Source: an uncultured Verrucomicrobiae bacterium
Lineage (GTDB): Bacteria > Verrucomicrobiota > Verrucomicrobiia > Chthoniobacterales > UBA10450
Length of the DNA stretch: 64,000 bases
Direction of reading: 5' to 3'
NCBI GenBank assembly: GCA_963815455.1
Contig: CAWFGO010000003.1
Coordinates: forward strand, 32,001 to 96,000
Part shown: in pieces, positions 44,490-55,797 of the stretch
Numbering within the stretch: position 1 is the stretch's first letter
Layout: each line of letters opens with the position of its first letter
Made by a program: the position numbers and the translations under genes
Notes under the pieces: model-generated
Seen by the model: the letters and a program-made list of their open reading frames with translations, nothing else
Told to the model about the DNA's origin: nothing
The model's database searches: none

Positions 44490-45728
44490 CTATTCGTATC
44501 GAAGCGCTTCGATCGGATCAAGAGAAGCCGCCCGATAGGCTGGGTAGAGACCGAAACCGATCCCGATAGCCGAGCAAACAATCAGACCCGCTATCGCCCA
44601 ACCAAAAGGGAAGATCAGGTTCGCCTGGAGCCAGGCGGCCAGCAGATCGCCGACGATTATCCCCAGCACGATTCCGAGAATGCCGCCGGCCTCGGAAATG
44701 AATACAGCTTCGGCCAGAAACTGCCGGAGAATATCGCTGCTGCGGGCCCCGATCGATTTACGCACGCCGATTTCCTTGGTCCGCTCGGTCACGCTAACGA
44801 GCATGATATTCATGATACCGATGCCAGCGGCGACGAGCGCAATAAAACTGATGACAAACGCGCCAACGCGCACCACGCCGGCCACGGAAACAAACGCGCT
44901 CTTGAGCGAATCGTTGGAATAAATTTCGAAATCGTTTTCCTGATCGGGCCGCAGACCGCGAGCAATTCGCATGGCGCCAATCGCCTTATCGAGTGTCCGA
45001 TTATAGGTTTCGGCGGAGAAGGCCTGAGTGGCGATGTTGACCGTGCGCCGTGCTTCCCCAAAGTCCTCGAAGAATCGCGTAATGGGCATGACGCAAATTT
45101 CGTCCTGGCTCTGCCCGAAGGCGGTTCCTTTTTCTGCCATGACGCCAATCACGGTGTAAACATGGCCGTTCATCCGGATGACCTTGCCGATCGGCGTTTC
45201 GTGCGGGAACAATCGTTTCTCGACAATCTTGCCGACCACGATGACCCGCCGCGAAAGAGCGACATCTTCGTCATTGATGTTCCGTCCATAGCCGAGCGTG
45301 AAAGCATTCGCTGTTAGAAAACTGCGGTTCGCTCCAACAATAAGAAGACTGGGTGTGGTCTTCACGCCGTTGTAAACCGCTTGCCCTTTTACTTCGTAAG
45401 CGAAACTCTTTAGACAAATCTCGCTCGCGTTTCCTTCCATGAGTTCGTAATAACGCAGCGCCTGCCGGTAGGTGACGTTGCGCCGGTTTTGATATTTTTT
45501 CCTGACTTCACCTCCGGCGCTCACGTTTGCCGGATACTTGGCGAATTGGAAAATATTTGCGCCAAGAAAGCTGATTCCGTTTTCGATCGAGTTTTGCAGC
45601 GCACCCACGGCAGTCATGACCGAGATCACCGAGAAAACGCCGATGGTGATGCCAATCATGGTCAACCCGGAGCGAAGCTTATTCACCCCGAGTGAGGACA
45701 ACGCCATTTTTATGGTTTCGCGGAACAT
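44490..45728 (-). CDS. MacB/FtsX-like ABC transporter permease
   Basis: KLRSGLTMIGITIG, GIGIMNIMLVSVTERTKEIG, DPIEALRYE. Confidence 0.94.
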   Translation of the reverse strand: MFRETIKMALSSLGVNKLRSGLTMIGITIGVFSVISVMTAVGALQNSIENGISFLGANIFQFAKYPANVSAGGEVRKKYQNRRNVTYRQALRYYELMEGNASEICLKSFAYEVKGQAVYNGVKTTPSLLIVGANRSFLTANAFTLGYGRNINDEDVALSRRVIVVGKIVEKRLFPHETPIGKVIRMNGHVYTVIGVMAEKGTAFGQSQDEICVMPITRFFEDFGEARRTVNIATQAFSAETYNRTLDKAIGAMRIARGLRPDQENDFEIYSNDSLKSAFVSVAGVVRVGAFVISFIALVAAGIGIMNIMLVSVTERTKEIGVRKSIGARSSDILRQFLAEAVFISEAGGILGIVLGIIVGDLLAAWLQANLIFPFGWAIAGLIVCSAIGIGFGLYPAYRAASLDPIEALRYE

Positions 45729-45736
45729 GTCTTAAA

Positions 45737-45915
45737 ATTCGAATATCGAATATCGAATATCGAAATCCGAATGACGAATAATCCAATGACGCGAGAGCCG
45801 GCAAAATTGATCGCTCGTCATTCGTGCTTCGTAATTCCTTCGTCATTCGTCATTCGTGCTTCGTCATTGCTTCCTGGTTTGTTTCGAGATTCGATATTCG
45901 GATTTCGAGTTTTGG
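45737..45915. repeat. Inverted arrays of short (6-7 nt) tandem repeats
   Basis: (CGAATAT)n and (TTCGTCA)n units; similar arrays at 38385-38464 and 51195-51319. Confidence 0.7.
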
Positions 45916-47166
45916 TCATTCATATCTTAGCGCGGTCACCGGATCGAGGCGCGAGGCGGTCCACGCTGGGGCAAAGCCGGAAAATAAACCGGTCATGATT
46001 GAGACGATCATGCTGGCAAGCACGAGGCTGAAGGAAAAATTGATGGGGAACGATGGAAATGCTTTCCCCAGTCCGAAGCACATTACGTAGGCGACGGTTA
46101 ATCCGATAAATCCGCCGAGCAAACAGAGCGCGGTCGATTCGATCAAAAATTGGAGCAGGATGGTGCGACGCCGTGCGCCGAGTGCTTTGCGCGTGCCGAT
46201 TTCCTTGGTTCGCTCCTTTACGCTAACAAAGGTGATATTCATGATGCCGATTGCGCCGACGAAAAGCGAAAGCCCGGTGATGAATAGGCCGGCGATGGCG
46301 ATCGAGTTTTTCACCGGGTCGAGCGTGGTCTTGAACGCCTCCTGCTCGTTAATAGTGAAATCGTCCTTTTTTTCCGGGGCCAGGCCGCGGACGCGCCGCA
46401 TCAAGCCGGTCAATTCGTCCTTGGCCTCGGCCAGTTTCGTTTTGTCTTTTACTTTCACTCGAATATCCGACTCACTTTTCGCGCTGAAGTATTTGTTAAA
46501 CGCGCCCAGCGGCATCGCGATAATCGAATCCCAGCTAAATATGCCGAGAAAAGTTCCCTGGCGCGCGTTCACTCCGACCACCTTGAAATGCTGGCCGTTA
46601 ATCAGGACGAACTTATCGATCGGGCTCTCGGAGGGGAACAAGGCGTCGGCTACATCATAGCCGATGAGGCAAACGTTGGCCCCACCACGGGATTCCAGTT
46701 CGTTAAAGAAACGGCCTTCTTTGCAATCGATTGTCGATGTTAGGGTGTAATCCGAAGTCGTTCCGAGAATGAACACGTTCTCCACTTCGCTGCCGCCATA
46801 CTTGGCCGAGCGGATCAGGCTCGACGTCGGCACGGCGACGATCAGGTTCGAGTTCGGCGTGGCCGCGATCATCCGATTAAGCGTCTCGGCATATTCGGTC
46901 TTGATTTTCTTGCGATCTCGATAATTCCACCAATCGTCCACTCGTTTCCAAGGCCACTGGGTCACATACAGGACGTCATCGCCCAGCACCGACATGCTCT
47001 TGTCGAAACCGATTTCGATTCCGCTAATCGCGGTCCCCATCAATGTGACCGCGACGATACCGATAATAACGCCGAGAGCGGTGAGCGTGGAACGAGTCTT
47101 GTTCGCGCGCATTTGAGCGGCCGCGATCTTCCAGCTTTCGCTCAGCTCGTAGAGAAACCGTTTCAT
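45916..47166 (-). CDS. MacB/FtsX-like ABC transporter permease
   Basis: RSTLTALGVIIG, GIMNITFVSVKERTKEIG, DPVTALRYE. Confidence 0.94.
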   Translation of the reverse strand: MKRFLYELSESWKIAAAQMRANKTRSTLTALGVIIGIVAVTLMGTAISGIEIGFDKSMSVLGDDVLYVTQWPWKRVDDWWNYRDRKKIKTEYAETLNRMIAATPNSNLIVAVPTSSLIRSAKYGGSEVENVFILGTTSDYTLTSTIDCKEGRFFNELESRGGANVCLIGYDVADALFPSESPIDKFVLINGQHFKVVGVNARQGTFLGIFSWDSIIAMPLGAFNKYFSAKSESDIRVKVKDKTKLAEAKDELTGLMRRVRGLAPEKKDDFTINEQEAFKTTLDPVKNSIAIAGLFITGLSLFVGAIGIMNITFVSVKERTKEIGTRKALGARRRTILLQFLIESTALCLLGGFIGLTVAYVMCFGLGKAFPSFPINFSFSLVLASMIVSIMTGLFSGFAPAWTASRLDPVTALRYE

Positions 47167-47178
47167 TTTTCCGTAAGA

Positions 47179-47922
47179 TTACCGGACGCCGACCGATTCA
47201 AGTTCGTGGACAGCCACCGCGTCGTCGCTCTCGATCAAACCGTCGCGCAAATGGACCGTGCGTCGGGCGTGACGGGCAATGTCGGCTTCATGCGTGACCA
47301 GGATCACGGTGTTGCCTTTCTGGTAAAGATCCTCGAACAACGCCATGATCTCTTCGCCTGTTTTCGAATCGAGATTGCCGGTTGGTTCATCGGCCAGGAT
47401 GATCGATGGATTATTGACGAGCGCGCGCGCGACGGCGACGCGCTGACGCTGGCCGCCGGAAAGTTCGTTAGGCTTGTGATGAAGCCGATCGCCCAGGCCT
47501 ACGTCGCGTAATACTTGCGTAGCACGCGCTTCCCGCGTTTCCGGATCGACGCCGGCATAAATGAGCGGGAGCTCGACATTACGCAGGCTGTTGGCGCGAG
47601 GCAGAAGATTAAACGTCTGAAAGACAAACCCGATTTCGTGATTGCGAATGCTGGCCAGCTCGTCGTCGTCCATCCCGGAGACACTCCGCCCGTTGAACTC
47701 GTAACGACCGGAGCTCGGCGTATCAAGACACCCCAGCATGTTCATCAGAGTCGATTTGCCGCTCCCGCTCGGTCCCATGATGGCAAGGTATTCGTTGCGA
47801 TGAATCTGCAATGTCACACCGCGCAATGCGTGCACGATTTCCTGGCCCATCACGTAATCCTTCGTGATGTTCTCGATGTCGATGACCAGCGGGCCGCGGG
47901 GACGGATGCTGTTAGAACTCAT
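47179..47922 (-). CDS. ABC transporter ATP-binding protein (MacB/LolD-like)
   Basis: [26 protein letters not shown]. Confidence 0.95.
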   Translation of the reverse strand: MSSNSIRPRGPLVIDIENITKDYVMGQEIVHALRGVTLQIHRNEYLAIMGPSGSGKSTLMNMLGCLDTPSSGRYEFNGRSVSGMDDDELASIRNHEIGFVFQTFNLLPRANSLRNVELPLIYAGVDPETREARATQVLRDVGLGDRLHHKPNELSGGQRQRVAVARALVNNPSIILADEPTGNLDSKTGEEIMALFEDLYQKGNTVILVTHEADIARHARRTVHLRDGLIESDDAVAVHELESVGVR

Positions 47923-47982
47923 TAGTGCTAGGTGTGCTCTGTAGCGACGCGACTGCGCCTCGCACAGCGAGGCGGCTACAAG

Positions 47983-49343
47983 TTATTTCTTTTCTTCCTT
48001 CTCGTAAGTCACCTTCGCGCCATCTTTTAGCTTGCGGCTGATCGCGCTATAACTGCCCGAGATCACTTCATCGCCCGGCTTAACGCCGCTCTTGATTTCC
48101 ATGTAGGTGTCGTCCGAAATGCCGGTGGTCACTTTGGCCATCTTTGCTTTGCTTCCACTCTTGACGAAGACGACCTTCATGAGTTTCTCGCGCTCCTCCT
48201 TTTGCGCCTGTTTCTCCCGGCGCTCGTTGATCAATTCCGCGTTGTTATCGCCCTTCTCCTGCGCTGCGGCCTTGGCTTTGCGCTTTTCGATTTCTTCCGG
48301 ACTCAAATTGCTGTCGCCGGTGCGAATGGTCACGCTTTGCAACGGCACCGCCACGACATCCTTTACTACGTTTGTCTCAATGTCGGCCGTGCAACTCAAG
48401 CCCGGCCGCAATAACGCACCTCCCGGTCGAGGTTTATTTTGACTTCGAAATTTGTCACTTCCTCCTGGCTGCCGGCGCCGGTTGTTTTGCCGGTGTTGGC
48501 AATTTGCTCCACCGTCCCTTTGAATTTCCGGTCGCCGTAGGCGTCGATCTTCACACTCGCTTTGTCGCCGGGTTTGACCTTGACCACGTCGTTCTCGTTA
48601 ACATCGACAACCGCTTGCATATGCTCGAGGTCGGCGACACGCATCACTTCCGTGCCGGCAAATTGGCCCGTGCCCACGATGCGTTCGCCCAGTTTGCTGT
48701 TCAGCACGGTCACGGTGCCATCCAGTGGCGAATAGATAGCTGTCTTCGCCAGCGACTCGCGGGCCTGGCTGGAAGCGGCTTGGGCACGCTCGATCTCGTG
48801 CAACGAACTATCGTAGGTATTCTTCGCCACATCGTAGGCTGCTTGCGCGGCATTGAACTCCTGAATCGAGATGGTCTTCTTCGCGTACATGTCCACGGCG
48901 CGCTTCAAATCCTGCTCCGTTTTCAGCGCCGCAGCTTTTTGCTGAAGATTTGTCGCCTTGGCTGAGCTAATTGCTGCCTCCTGCTGTTCCAGCAGCGCTT
49001 TGTAGGTGTCCGGCTTGATCTTGACCAGCAAATCGCCCTTCTTGATCGGCTTTCCGTCTTCAACCGGCAGTTCGATAATTTCACCCGCTACTTCCGGCGA
49101 AATTTTTACTTCGGTTTCAGGTTGCACTTTGCCGGTGGCGGACACAATCTCGACAATCGTCCTACGGGCGGCCTTTTCCGTCGTTACCGGGATCGGCTTT
49201 TCCCGCTTTCCCAGGATCATGGAAATCACGATCCAGAGCAATAAGAGGCCAACAGAGCCGAAAATGATGTAACGCCGGCGCTTGGAGCGGCGCTTTTTTG
49301 TCGTTGCAGTGGTGGGTTGCGGTGTCACTAAAGTTTGATGCAT
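47983..49343 (-). CDS. MacA-like periplasmic adaptor (frameshifted)
   Basis: VSATGKVQP, IYSPLDG, VNENDV, then RPGLSCTADI in another frame. Confidence 0.9.
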
Positions 49344-49563
49344 GGCAGTGGGGTTGTGGCGGGCAGGAGCGTCACAAGTTATGGCAATTTAGACTCTTGC
49401 AAAGCATTTTGCGTTCAAGTGGCCGATGTAGCACAGGCATCTTGTTTGCCGCCGGACGAATCCGTCCCGTGTGCGGACCTGTGGGGCAGGCGGGCGTCTC
49501 GCCTGCCGCAGGTATCAATCGTGTGCACGTCAAAGTTGAGATGCGCCCGGGCAACACTTGGAT

Positions 49564-50661
49564 TCAATTAATTTCGGTGGCGTCCACAGCCACGCGCTTC
49601 CGAATCTGTCCGATGGCCCAGGCGGCGTGTTCGGCAATCAAGGGTTCGGGGTCTGCAGCGGCGGTTTCGAGTGCCGCGAGATCGTCCCGGTCGCCGACAT
49701 TCCCCAGAGCCACGCAGACATTGCGCAAAAAACCGCGGCGCTTGATTCGCTTGATTGGTGAATCGCGAAACATTTCGCGAAAATCCGAATCGTTAAGCCC
49801 CAGATAATCGCGAAGCGACATCCCGGTCGTCGATCTTAGCCCGGCAAACGCGCTTTCCCGCGAAGCTTCGGCAAACCGATTCCATGGACAAGCATCGAGA
49901 CAATCGTCGCATCCGAAAATCCGATTTCCGATCAGCGGCCGAAACTCGATCGGAATCGCGCCTTTCAGTTCGATAGTGAAATAAGAAATACAACGGCGCG
50001 CATCGAGCCGATGCGGAGCGGTGATCGCGCCAGTGGGGCACGCCGTGATGCAGCGTTCGCACGTTCCGCATCGATCACGCTGCGGAGGATCGGGTGGCAA
50101 CTCCAGCGTGGTCAATATTTCGGCCAGGAAAAACCAGGTGCCAAGCCGCGGATCGACAAGCATCGTGCTCTTGCCGTGCCAACCAATCCCAGCTTGTGCG
50201 GCATGATCGCGTTCCAGAACAGGCCCGGTATCGACATAACATTTTTGTCGGCCACCAAATTCACGTAGAAAATTGTCGATCTTATCCAGCTTGCGCTGGA
50301 TCACGTCGTGATAATCATCGCCCCAGGCGTACCGAGCAATTCGCCCGGCTGCTGTAGCGGCGGTCTCTGACCGTCGCACTTTATCTCCCTGAAAATAATT
50401 CAACGCCAAAACCACGATCGACTTCGCTCCGGGCAAGACCTGTTGAGGATCGCAACGCTTCTCTTCGCCGCGCCGCATGTAGTCCATTTCTCCGTGTGCG
50501 CCGTCGCCTAGCCAATCGGAGAATTCCTTGGCGTGCGCCGGGGCCGAACAAGCCGCGATGCGGCAGGAATCGAAACCGATCCCGCGCGCAAACGACGCCA
50601 CCCGTGTCTTCAAATCGGTCGCGGCGGCGCGAGTATTACCGACTTGGGCCGTTTCGGTCAT
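49564..50661 (-). CDS. queG: Epoxyqueuosine reductase
   Basis: ARYAWGDDYH, YVDTGPVLER, CGTCERCITACPT, LDARRCISY, FGCDDCLDACPWN. Confidence 0.95.
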   Translation of the reverse strand: MTETAQVGNTRAAATDLKTRVASFARGIGFDSCRIAACSAPAHAKEFSDWLGDGAHGEMDYMRRGEEKRCDPQQVLPGAKSIVVLALNYFQGDKVRRSETAATAAGRIARYAWGDDYHDVIQRKLDKIDNFLREFGGRQKCYVDTGPVLERDHAAQAGIGWHGKSTMLVDPRLGTWFFLAEILTTLELPPDPPQRDRCGTCERCITACPTGAITAPHRLDARRCISYFTIELKGAIPIEFRPLIGNRIFGCDDCLDACPWNRFAEASRESAFAGLRSTTGMSLRDYLGLNDSDFREMFRDSPIKRIKRRGFLRNVCVALGNVGDRDDLAALETAAADPEPLIAEHAAWAIGQIRKRVAVDATEIN

Positions 50662-51188
50662 TGTGCCTTTGCCTCTTCCATCTTGCTCAAAATCGCATCC
50701 GCCACCTCCTCATGGGTGAGCGACGACGTGTCGATTCGGATCTCCGCAACTTTCGCATAAAGCGGGCGGCGCGCCTGTAACATTTGTGTAAACGCTGTCT
50801 TCGGATCCTCGGTTTGGAGCAGCGGTCGATTTCCGCGCCGCGCTGCCCGTTCGAAAAGTATTTCTTCGTCGGCCTCGAGCAGCGCGATTGTGCCGAGTCG
50901 CTTTAAGAGATCGATATTGTCCTCGCGCAGGACAATGCCGCCGCCGGTCACGATGATCGCCGTCTCCGCGCCGGACAATCCACGAAGCGCCTCCGTTTCC
51001 GCGTCGCGGAATCGTTCTTCGCCGTGTTTGGCAAAGATTTCGGGAATGGAGAGTCCGAACTTCGCCGCTACGATTTCATCCGTGTCGAACAAAGCGAGAC
51101 CGGTTCGCCGCTGCAGCCATCGCCCGATGGACGATTTCCCCGCGCCCATCATGCCAATGAGAACGATCGATTGGGGAGCGCAGTTCAC
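50658..51188 (-). CDS. aroK: Shikimate kinase
   Basis: GMMGAGKS, GEERFRDAE, TGGG, RPLL. Confidence 0.95.
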   Translation of the reverse strand: MNCAPQSIVLIGMMGAGKSSIGRWLQRRTGLALFDTDEIVAAKFGLSIPEIFAKHGEERFRDAETEALRGLSGAETAIIVTGGGIVLREDNIDLLKRLGTIALLEADEEILFERAARRGNRPLLQTEDPKTAFTQMLQARRPLYAKVAEIRIDTSSLTHEEVADAILSKMEEAKAQ

Positions 51189-51325
51189 GCGCTAAAGCTC
51201 CAAGCACCAAGCTCCAACATCCAGAGAAATTTCAAACTCCAATATTCACATGCGCCGCTCTTTTTGGAGCTTGATAATTTGGAGCTTCTCTGGAGCTTGG
51301 ATGTTGGAATTTGGAGCTTATAACC

Positions 51326-51835
51326 ATGCCAGAATCTTCGCCTCTCGTCGCCGTAATCATGGGCAGCAAATCGGATTGGGAAACGATGCATCACGCTGTG
51401 GAAGCGCTGAACGAGCTCGGCATTCCAAACGAAGCGCATGTCTTTTCCGCGCACCGGACCCCGGATGCTACGGTGGAATTTGTTCGAAAGGCTGCCGGGC
51501 GCGGTTTGCGCGTCATCATCGCCGGCGCGGGCGGCGCGGCCCACTTGGCCGGAGTAGTGGCCGCCAATACCTGGCTGCCGGTCCTGGGTGTTCCGATGCA
51601 ATCCAAGGCGTTGCAGGGACTCGATTCGCTTCTCTCAACGGCGCAGATGCCGGGCGGCATCCCGGTCGGGACGCTCGCGATCGGCGAGGCCGGCGCAAAA
51701 AATGCCGGGCTTCTTGCCGGCGCCATCCTGGCCACGTCCGACGAGCAGATACGAAAAAGGCTGGAAGCGTTTCGCAAGAAGCAGACCGAATCGGTGCTGG
51801 CCGCCAAACTGCCAGCCTCCCCTCTGTCATCCTGA
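51326..51835 (+). CDS. purE: N5-carboxyaminoimidazole ribonucleotide mutase
   Basis: [30 protein letters not shown]. Confidence 0.96.
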   Translation: MPESSPLVAVIMGSKSDWETMHHAVEALNELGIPNEAHVFSAHRTPDATVEFVRKAAGRGLRVIIAGAGGAAHLAGVVAANTWLPVLGVPMQSKALQGLDSLLSTAQMPGGIPVGTLAIGEAGAKNAGLLAGAILATSDEQIRKRLEAFRKKQTESVLAAKLPASPLSS

Positions 51836-51940
51836 GCGCACCGAAGCGGCGTCGAAGGATCCCGTGGCGAAACCGAATGGCTGCGCAACGGGATCCCTCG
51901 ACTTTCGCTCGGGATGACGCGTGGCGGTGTGCTGACCAAG

Positions 51941-52950
51941 ATGCAAACCCGTATTCTTACAACATCGACTTCGAATGATCAGCAGGCGGCTGTTGCCGCG
52001 GCGGTTGAACTGCTGCGAAAGGGCGAGCCGGTCGCGCTGCCCACCGAGACCGTTTACGGACTCGCCGCGGACGCGCTGAATCCGATCGCGGTAGCGAAAA
52101 TTTTCGAGGCAAAGGGGCGTCCCCGTTTCGATCCGCTCATTGTTCATTTGCCAGACCACGGTTGGCTCGAGAAGATTGTCGATCTTCCCGCTCTGGATCG
52201 ACAATTGATTCTGAAACTAACGGAGAGATTCTGGCCCGGTCCGTTCACAATCGTCCTGCCCAAGCGGAAAATTGTTCCCGACATCGTTGTTGCCGGTCTG
52301 GAGACGGTTGCCGTGCGGATGAGCGCGCATCCGGTTTTCTCGGAAATTATTCGCGCCTTTGCCGGCCCGTTGGCCGCGCCGAGCGCGAACCGCTTCGGTC
52401 GAGTCAGTCCCACGACAGCGCAACATGTGCTCGATGAACTCGAGGGACGAATTCCGATGATTATCGATGCAGGGCCGACCGCTCACGGGATTGAATCGAC
52501 AATTGTCGCAATTGGAGGCGGGAAGATCGACATTCTCCGCCGCGGCCCGATCACCGCCGAGCAACTTCTGGCATGGGCTTCAGCCCATGCCCCATCGGCA
52601 GGATGCCGATGCCACAAGCGGTTTTGCGCGCGCCGGGGCAACTGCCATCGCATTACGCGCCAAAAACCCCGCTGCGTTTAATTGACAACGCGAAATCATT
52701 CTCGCCAGCAGCAAATCAACGCGTTGGATTACTCGCATGGACTTTCGTCGAATCGGAAAAGAAGTTTGCAGCGGTTCGGCGTTTAAGCGAAAAACAAGAT
52801 CCACGAGAGGCAGCCGCCAACCTCTTTCGCTACCTGCGCGAGCTCGATGGGCTCGATCTCGATCTTATCGTTGCAGAACCAGTTCCTTCTCAGGGACTCG
52901 GCGCGGCGATAATGGATCGGCTCGAGCGCGCTGCGGCCGGAGCCGAGTGA
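51941..52950 (+). CDS. sua5: L-threonylcarbamoyladenylate synthase, Sua5-type (frameshifted)
   Basis: PTETVYGL, KGRP..DPLIVH, APSAN, GIEST; SUA5 domain PGQLPSHYAP...AIMDRLERAA. Confidence 0.93.
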
Positions 52951-52987
52951 CGCGCAACGCCAAAAAGCGGTCGGCCACGGTGATTGC

Positions 52988-53410
52988 TTAGACGGCATTG
53001 CGTGTCGCCGCACTTTTGAGACGGAAGTGACCATGAACAGCTCCGATAAGAGACCCTAATGAGAATCCGATCGGTGCCAGAATAAATGCGAAAAGCGGGC
53101 CTTGCGGGCTTGCCGCGATAGCCGGTCCAATGAAAAAGCCGGAGGCGAAAGTAATGGCCCCGAGCATGATCGCCCAAATCGAGGCGTACCATAATCGCTG
53201 ACGCATCGCTGCTACGTGTCCGGCGACGACGAATGACCAGCAGATGGTCGCCGCACATCCGAAGCCACTGCCGTAAATGATGTAGAGCAAATTAACGCCG
53301 CGTATGAACTGCCCGTAGAGCATGAACAACACCATCGTAGTGAAATAGAAAGCGAGAAGGCCAGCCACTATTTTCAGCGCAGTCACCCATTTTGGATTCG
53401 AATCGCGCAT
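52988..53410 (-). CDS. Hypothetical 4-TM membrane protein, probable gene cassette
   Basis: ATG lies 10 nt after the attC R' site; four hydrophobic helices. Confidence 0.7.
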   Translation of the reverse strand: MRDSNPKWVTALKIVAGLLAFYFTTMVLFMLYGQFIRGVNLLYIIYGSGFGCAATICWSFVVAGHVAAMRQRLWYASIWAIMLGAITFASGFFIGPAIAASPQGPLFAFILAPIGFSLGSLIGAVHGHFRLKSAATRNAV

Positions 53411-53420
53411 GAGTCGATTC

Positions 53421-53541
53421 CGCCAACGAAATTTAGCTCAGCGACCGCTGGCGAGCGCGAGCGCGGATTGCAATGGACGTGTCTTCATAATGTAGCGCGA
53501 AGCATTGGCGGCCAGCAGTTCGCTGGAACGATGGGTTAGAC
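53421..53541 (-). mobile_element. Integron attC recombination site
   Basis: Minus strand GTCTAAC (R'') ... imperfect palindrome ... GCTGAGCT...GTTGGCG (R'-like); 121 bp. Confidence 0.75.
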
Positions 53542-53570
53542 GTAGCGGCGAATTGGATATGTGCATCGAA

Positions 53571-53900
53571 CTACAAGTCTGACGAATAGGCCGCCGCATT
53601 GTCACGTGCCCAGTCGAGAAAAACGCGAAGAATTTGCTGCAAGCGAGTAGGATCACCTGCGCCTTCGAATCGGCTGTCCTTGATGGCACAGCGTAACCAA
53701 GGCGCCTTTGGAACGAGCTCGTCTTTGTCGCCCTCTGAGAATGCGAAAAATGGGGCGTGCTCAAGCTCAGTCTTGTGCAAATCGATCTTGACCCACCAGC
53801 CGGGGTTATCGAGCGATTCAATAACTACGCCATACTGGTGTTCCCATTCTCCTTTGCAATGCGCCGCATACCAAACTTGAAGTTCGGAGAGTTCGTTCAT
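53571..53900 (-). CDS. Imm53-family immunity protein (gene cassette)
   Basis: LQVWYAAHCKGEWEHQYGVVIESLDNPGWWVKIDL...F.GAGDP..L..IL..F..W. Confidence 0.85.
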   Translation of the reverse strand: MNELSELQVWYAAHCKGEWEHQYGVVIESLDNPGWWVKIDLHKTELEHAPFFAFSEGDKDELVPKAPWLRCAIKDSRFEGAGDPTRLQQILRVFLDWARDNAAAYSSDL

Positions 53901-54032
53901 CGGCCGGCAACGAGCTGCATCTAACTAGATGTAGACGAATATTCGCCAGACATCACGAACATTTCTTCGCCCAATTCAGGATCGCGTCGGGCGATTGCAG
54001 GTAGGTCTCGGTTTCGACAGCCTGGCGTCCGC

Positions 54033-55721
54033 TTATCGTTGCAGCACCAGTTCTGCATCTGGCACTTGCCGGGCAGATTGGCCAGCTGTTTGGGCCGGTT
54101 TTCCTTCTCCGGTTTGATAGGCGAGACAGGCTTGGATGAAGCCTTTGAATAACGGGTGCGGATTGTTCGGTTTGCTTTGGAATTCCGGGTGGTATTGGCA
54201 GCCGATGAAGTAGGGGTGATCGCGGAGCTCGATGAGCTCGGCCAGGGTGCCGTCGGGGGATGTTCCGGAAATGACGAAGCCTTTTTCGTTCATTCGATCC
54301 CGATATTTCATGTTGAACTCGTACCGATGCCGGTGGCGTTCCATCACGTCGCGCGCGCCGTAGATTTTCTCGGCTAGCGTTCCTTTGCCGATCTTGGTCG
54401 GCCAGGTGCCGAGTCGCATGCTGGCGCCCAGGTTTTTCACGCCCCGTTGTTCTTCCAGAAGCGAGATAACCGGTTCCTTGGCGTCTTTGTCGAACTCGGT
54501 GCTGTTGGCGCCTTTGATCCCGCAGGCGTTCCGGGCAAACTCGATGGTCGCGACCTGCATCCCGAGGCAAAGACCGAGATACGGAACGTTGTTCTCCCGG
54601 GCAAATTGCGCGGCCTTGATTTTTCCTTCGACTCCGCGCGCACCGAAACCACCGGGAATCAGGACACCGGCAACACCCTTGAACTGGCTTTCCAAGCCGT
54701 CCTCCAACGATTCGGCATCGATGAGCTTGAGATCAATTCCGCAATCTTCGGCGGCGGCGGCGTGAGTGAGCGATTCGTAGATGCTCTTGTAGGCGTCCTG
54801 GAGATCGATGTACTTGCCGACCACAGCGATCTGGACCCGCTTTTTCGGGCTGATGACGCGCTTCACAAACTGTTTCCAATTCGCGAGATCGGGCTCGGGC
54901 GTCTTCAGACCCAACAAATCGCACACCAGTTGATCCAGTCCTTCGGCGTGAAGCATCAAGGGCACTTCGTAAACCGTATGAGCAACATCGCGCGCTTCGA
55001 TGACTGCCTTTTCCGAAACGCTGCAGAACATCGACAACTTCCGGCGCAACTCGACATCGAGTGGTCGATCGGTGCGGCAGATCAAGACCTGCGGTTGCAG
55101 ACCGATCTCGCGCAGCTTGGCCACGCTCTGTTGCGTCGGCTTCGTTTTCAATTCGGCGGCCGCTTTAATGTAGGGCACCAGCGTGACGTGCATGTTCAAC
55201 ACGTTTTGTGCGCCAACTTCCAGAATGAATTGCCGGATCGCTTCGATAAACGGTAACCCTTCGATGTCACCGGTAGTCCCGCCGATTTCGGTGACCACGA
55301 TATCGTATTTGCTTTCATCGGAAATTTCCCGGATGCGGTTCTTGATCTCATCCGTTACGTGCGGAATCACCTGCACTGTTTTGCCCAGATAATCGCCGCG
55401 GCGCTCCTTTAAAATGACGCTTTCGTAAACCTGACCGCTGGTGAGATTGTTATGCCGTGAGAGAATGCAACTGGTGAACCGTTCGTAGTGGCCAAGATCG
55501 AGATCGGTCTCGGCCCCGTCATTGAGCACGTAAACTTCGCCGTGCTGAAACGGATTCATCGTTCCAGGATCGACATTCAGATACGGATCGAATTTTTGGA
55601 AAACGACACGCAAACCGCGCGCTTCCAGAAGTGTTCCGAGCGATGCCGCGGTCAGGCCTTTACCCAGAGAACTCACGACGCCGCCTGTGACGAAAATGTA
55701 TTTCATATTGTGTTGTGGCAT
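54033..55721 (-). CDS. pyrG: CTP synthase
   Basis: [47 protein letters not shown]. Confidence 0.98.
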   Translation of the reverse strand: MPQHNMKYIFVTGGVVSSLGKGLTAASLGTLLEARGLRVVFQKFDPYLNVDPGTMNPFQHGEVYVLNDGAETDLDLGHYERFTSCILSRHNNLTSGQVYESVILKERRGDYLGKTVQVIPHVTDEIKNRIREISDESKYDIVVTEIGGTTGDIEGLPFIEAIRQFILEVGAQNVLNMHVTLVPYIKAAAELKTKPTQQSVAKLREIGLQPQVLICRTDRPLDVELRRKLSMFCSVSEKAVIEARDVAHTVYEVPLMLHAEGLDQLVCDLLGLKTPEPDLANWKQFVKRVISPKKRVQIAVVGKYIDLQDAYKSIYESLTHAAAAEDCGIDLKLIDAESLEDGLESQFKGVAGVLIPGGFGARGVEGKIKAAQFARENNVPYLGLCLGMQVATIEFARNACGIKGANSTEFDKDAKEPVISLLEEQRGVKNLGASMRLGTWPTKIGKGTLAEKIYGARDVMERHRHRYEFNMKYRDRMNEKGFVISGTSPDGTLAELIELRDHPYFIGCQYHPEFQSKPNNPHPLFKGFIQACLAYQTGEGKPAQTAGQSARQVPDAELVLQR

Positions 55722-55797
55722 TGGCTTCCAGCCAATGTCTTCAACGGCAAGATGCCGATGCCACGGGGAGCAGCGAAAAAGCGTTTCATTTGCGACT

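Noticed and set aside
45737..45915. Possible CRISPR array
   Set aside because: Units are 6-7 nt with no unique spacers, and there are no cas genes in the window.
53438..53821. 127-aa minus-strand ORF overlapping Imm53 and the attC
   Set aside because: It is an alternative frame running through the attC palindrome; Imm53 is the recognisable gene.
53571..53900. Complete toxin-immunity locus
   Set aside because: No toxin, RHS or secretion gene is adjacent; the immunity gene is an orphan.
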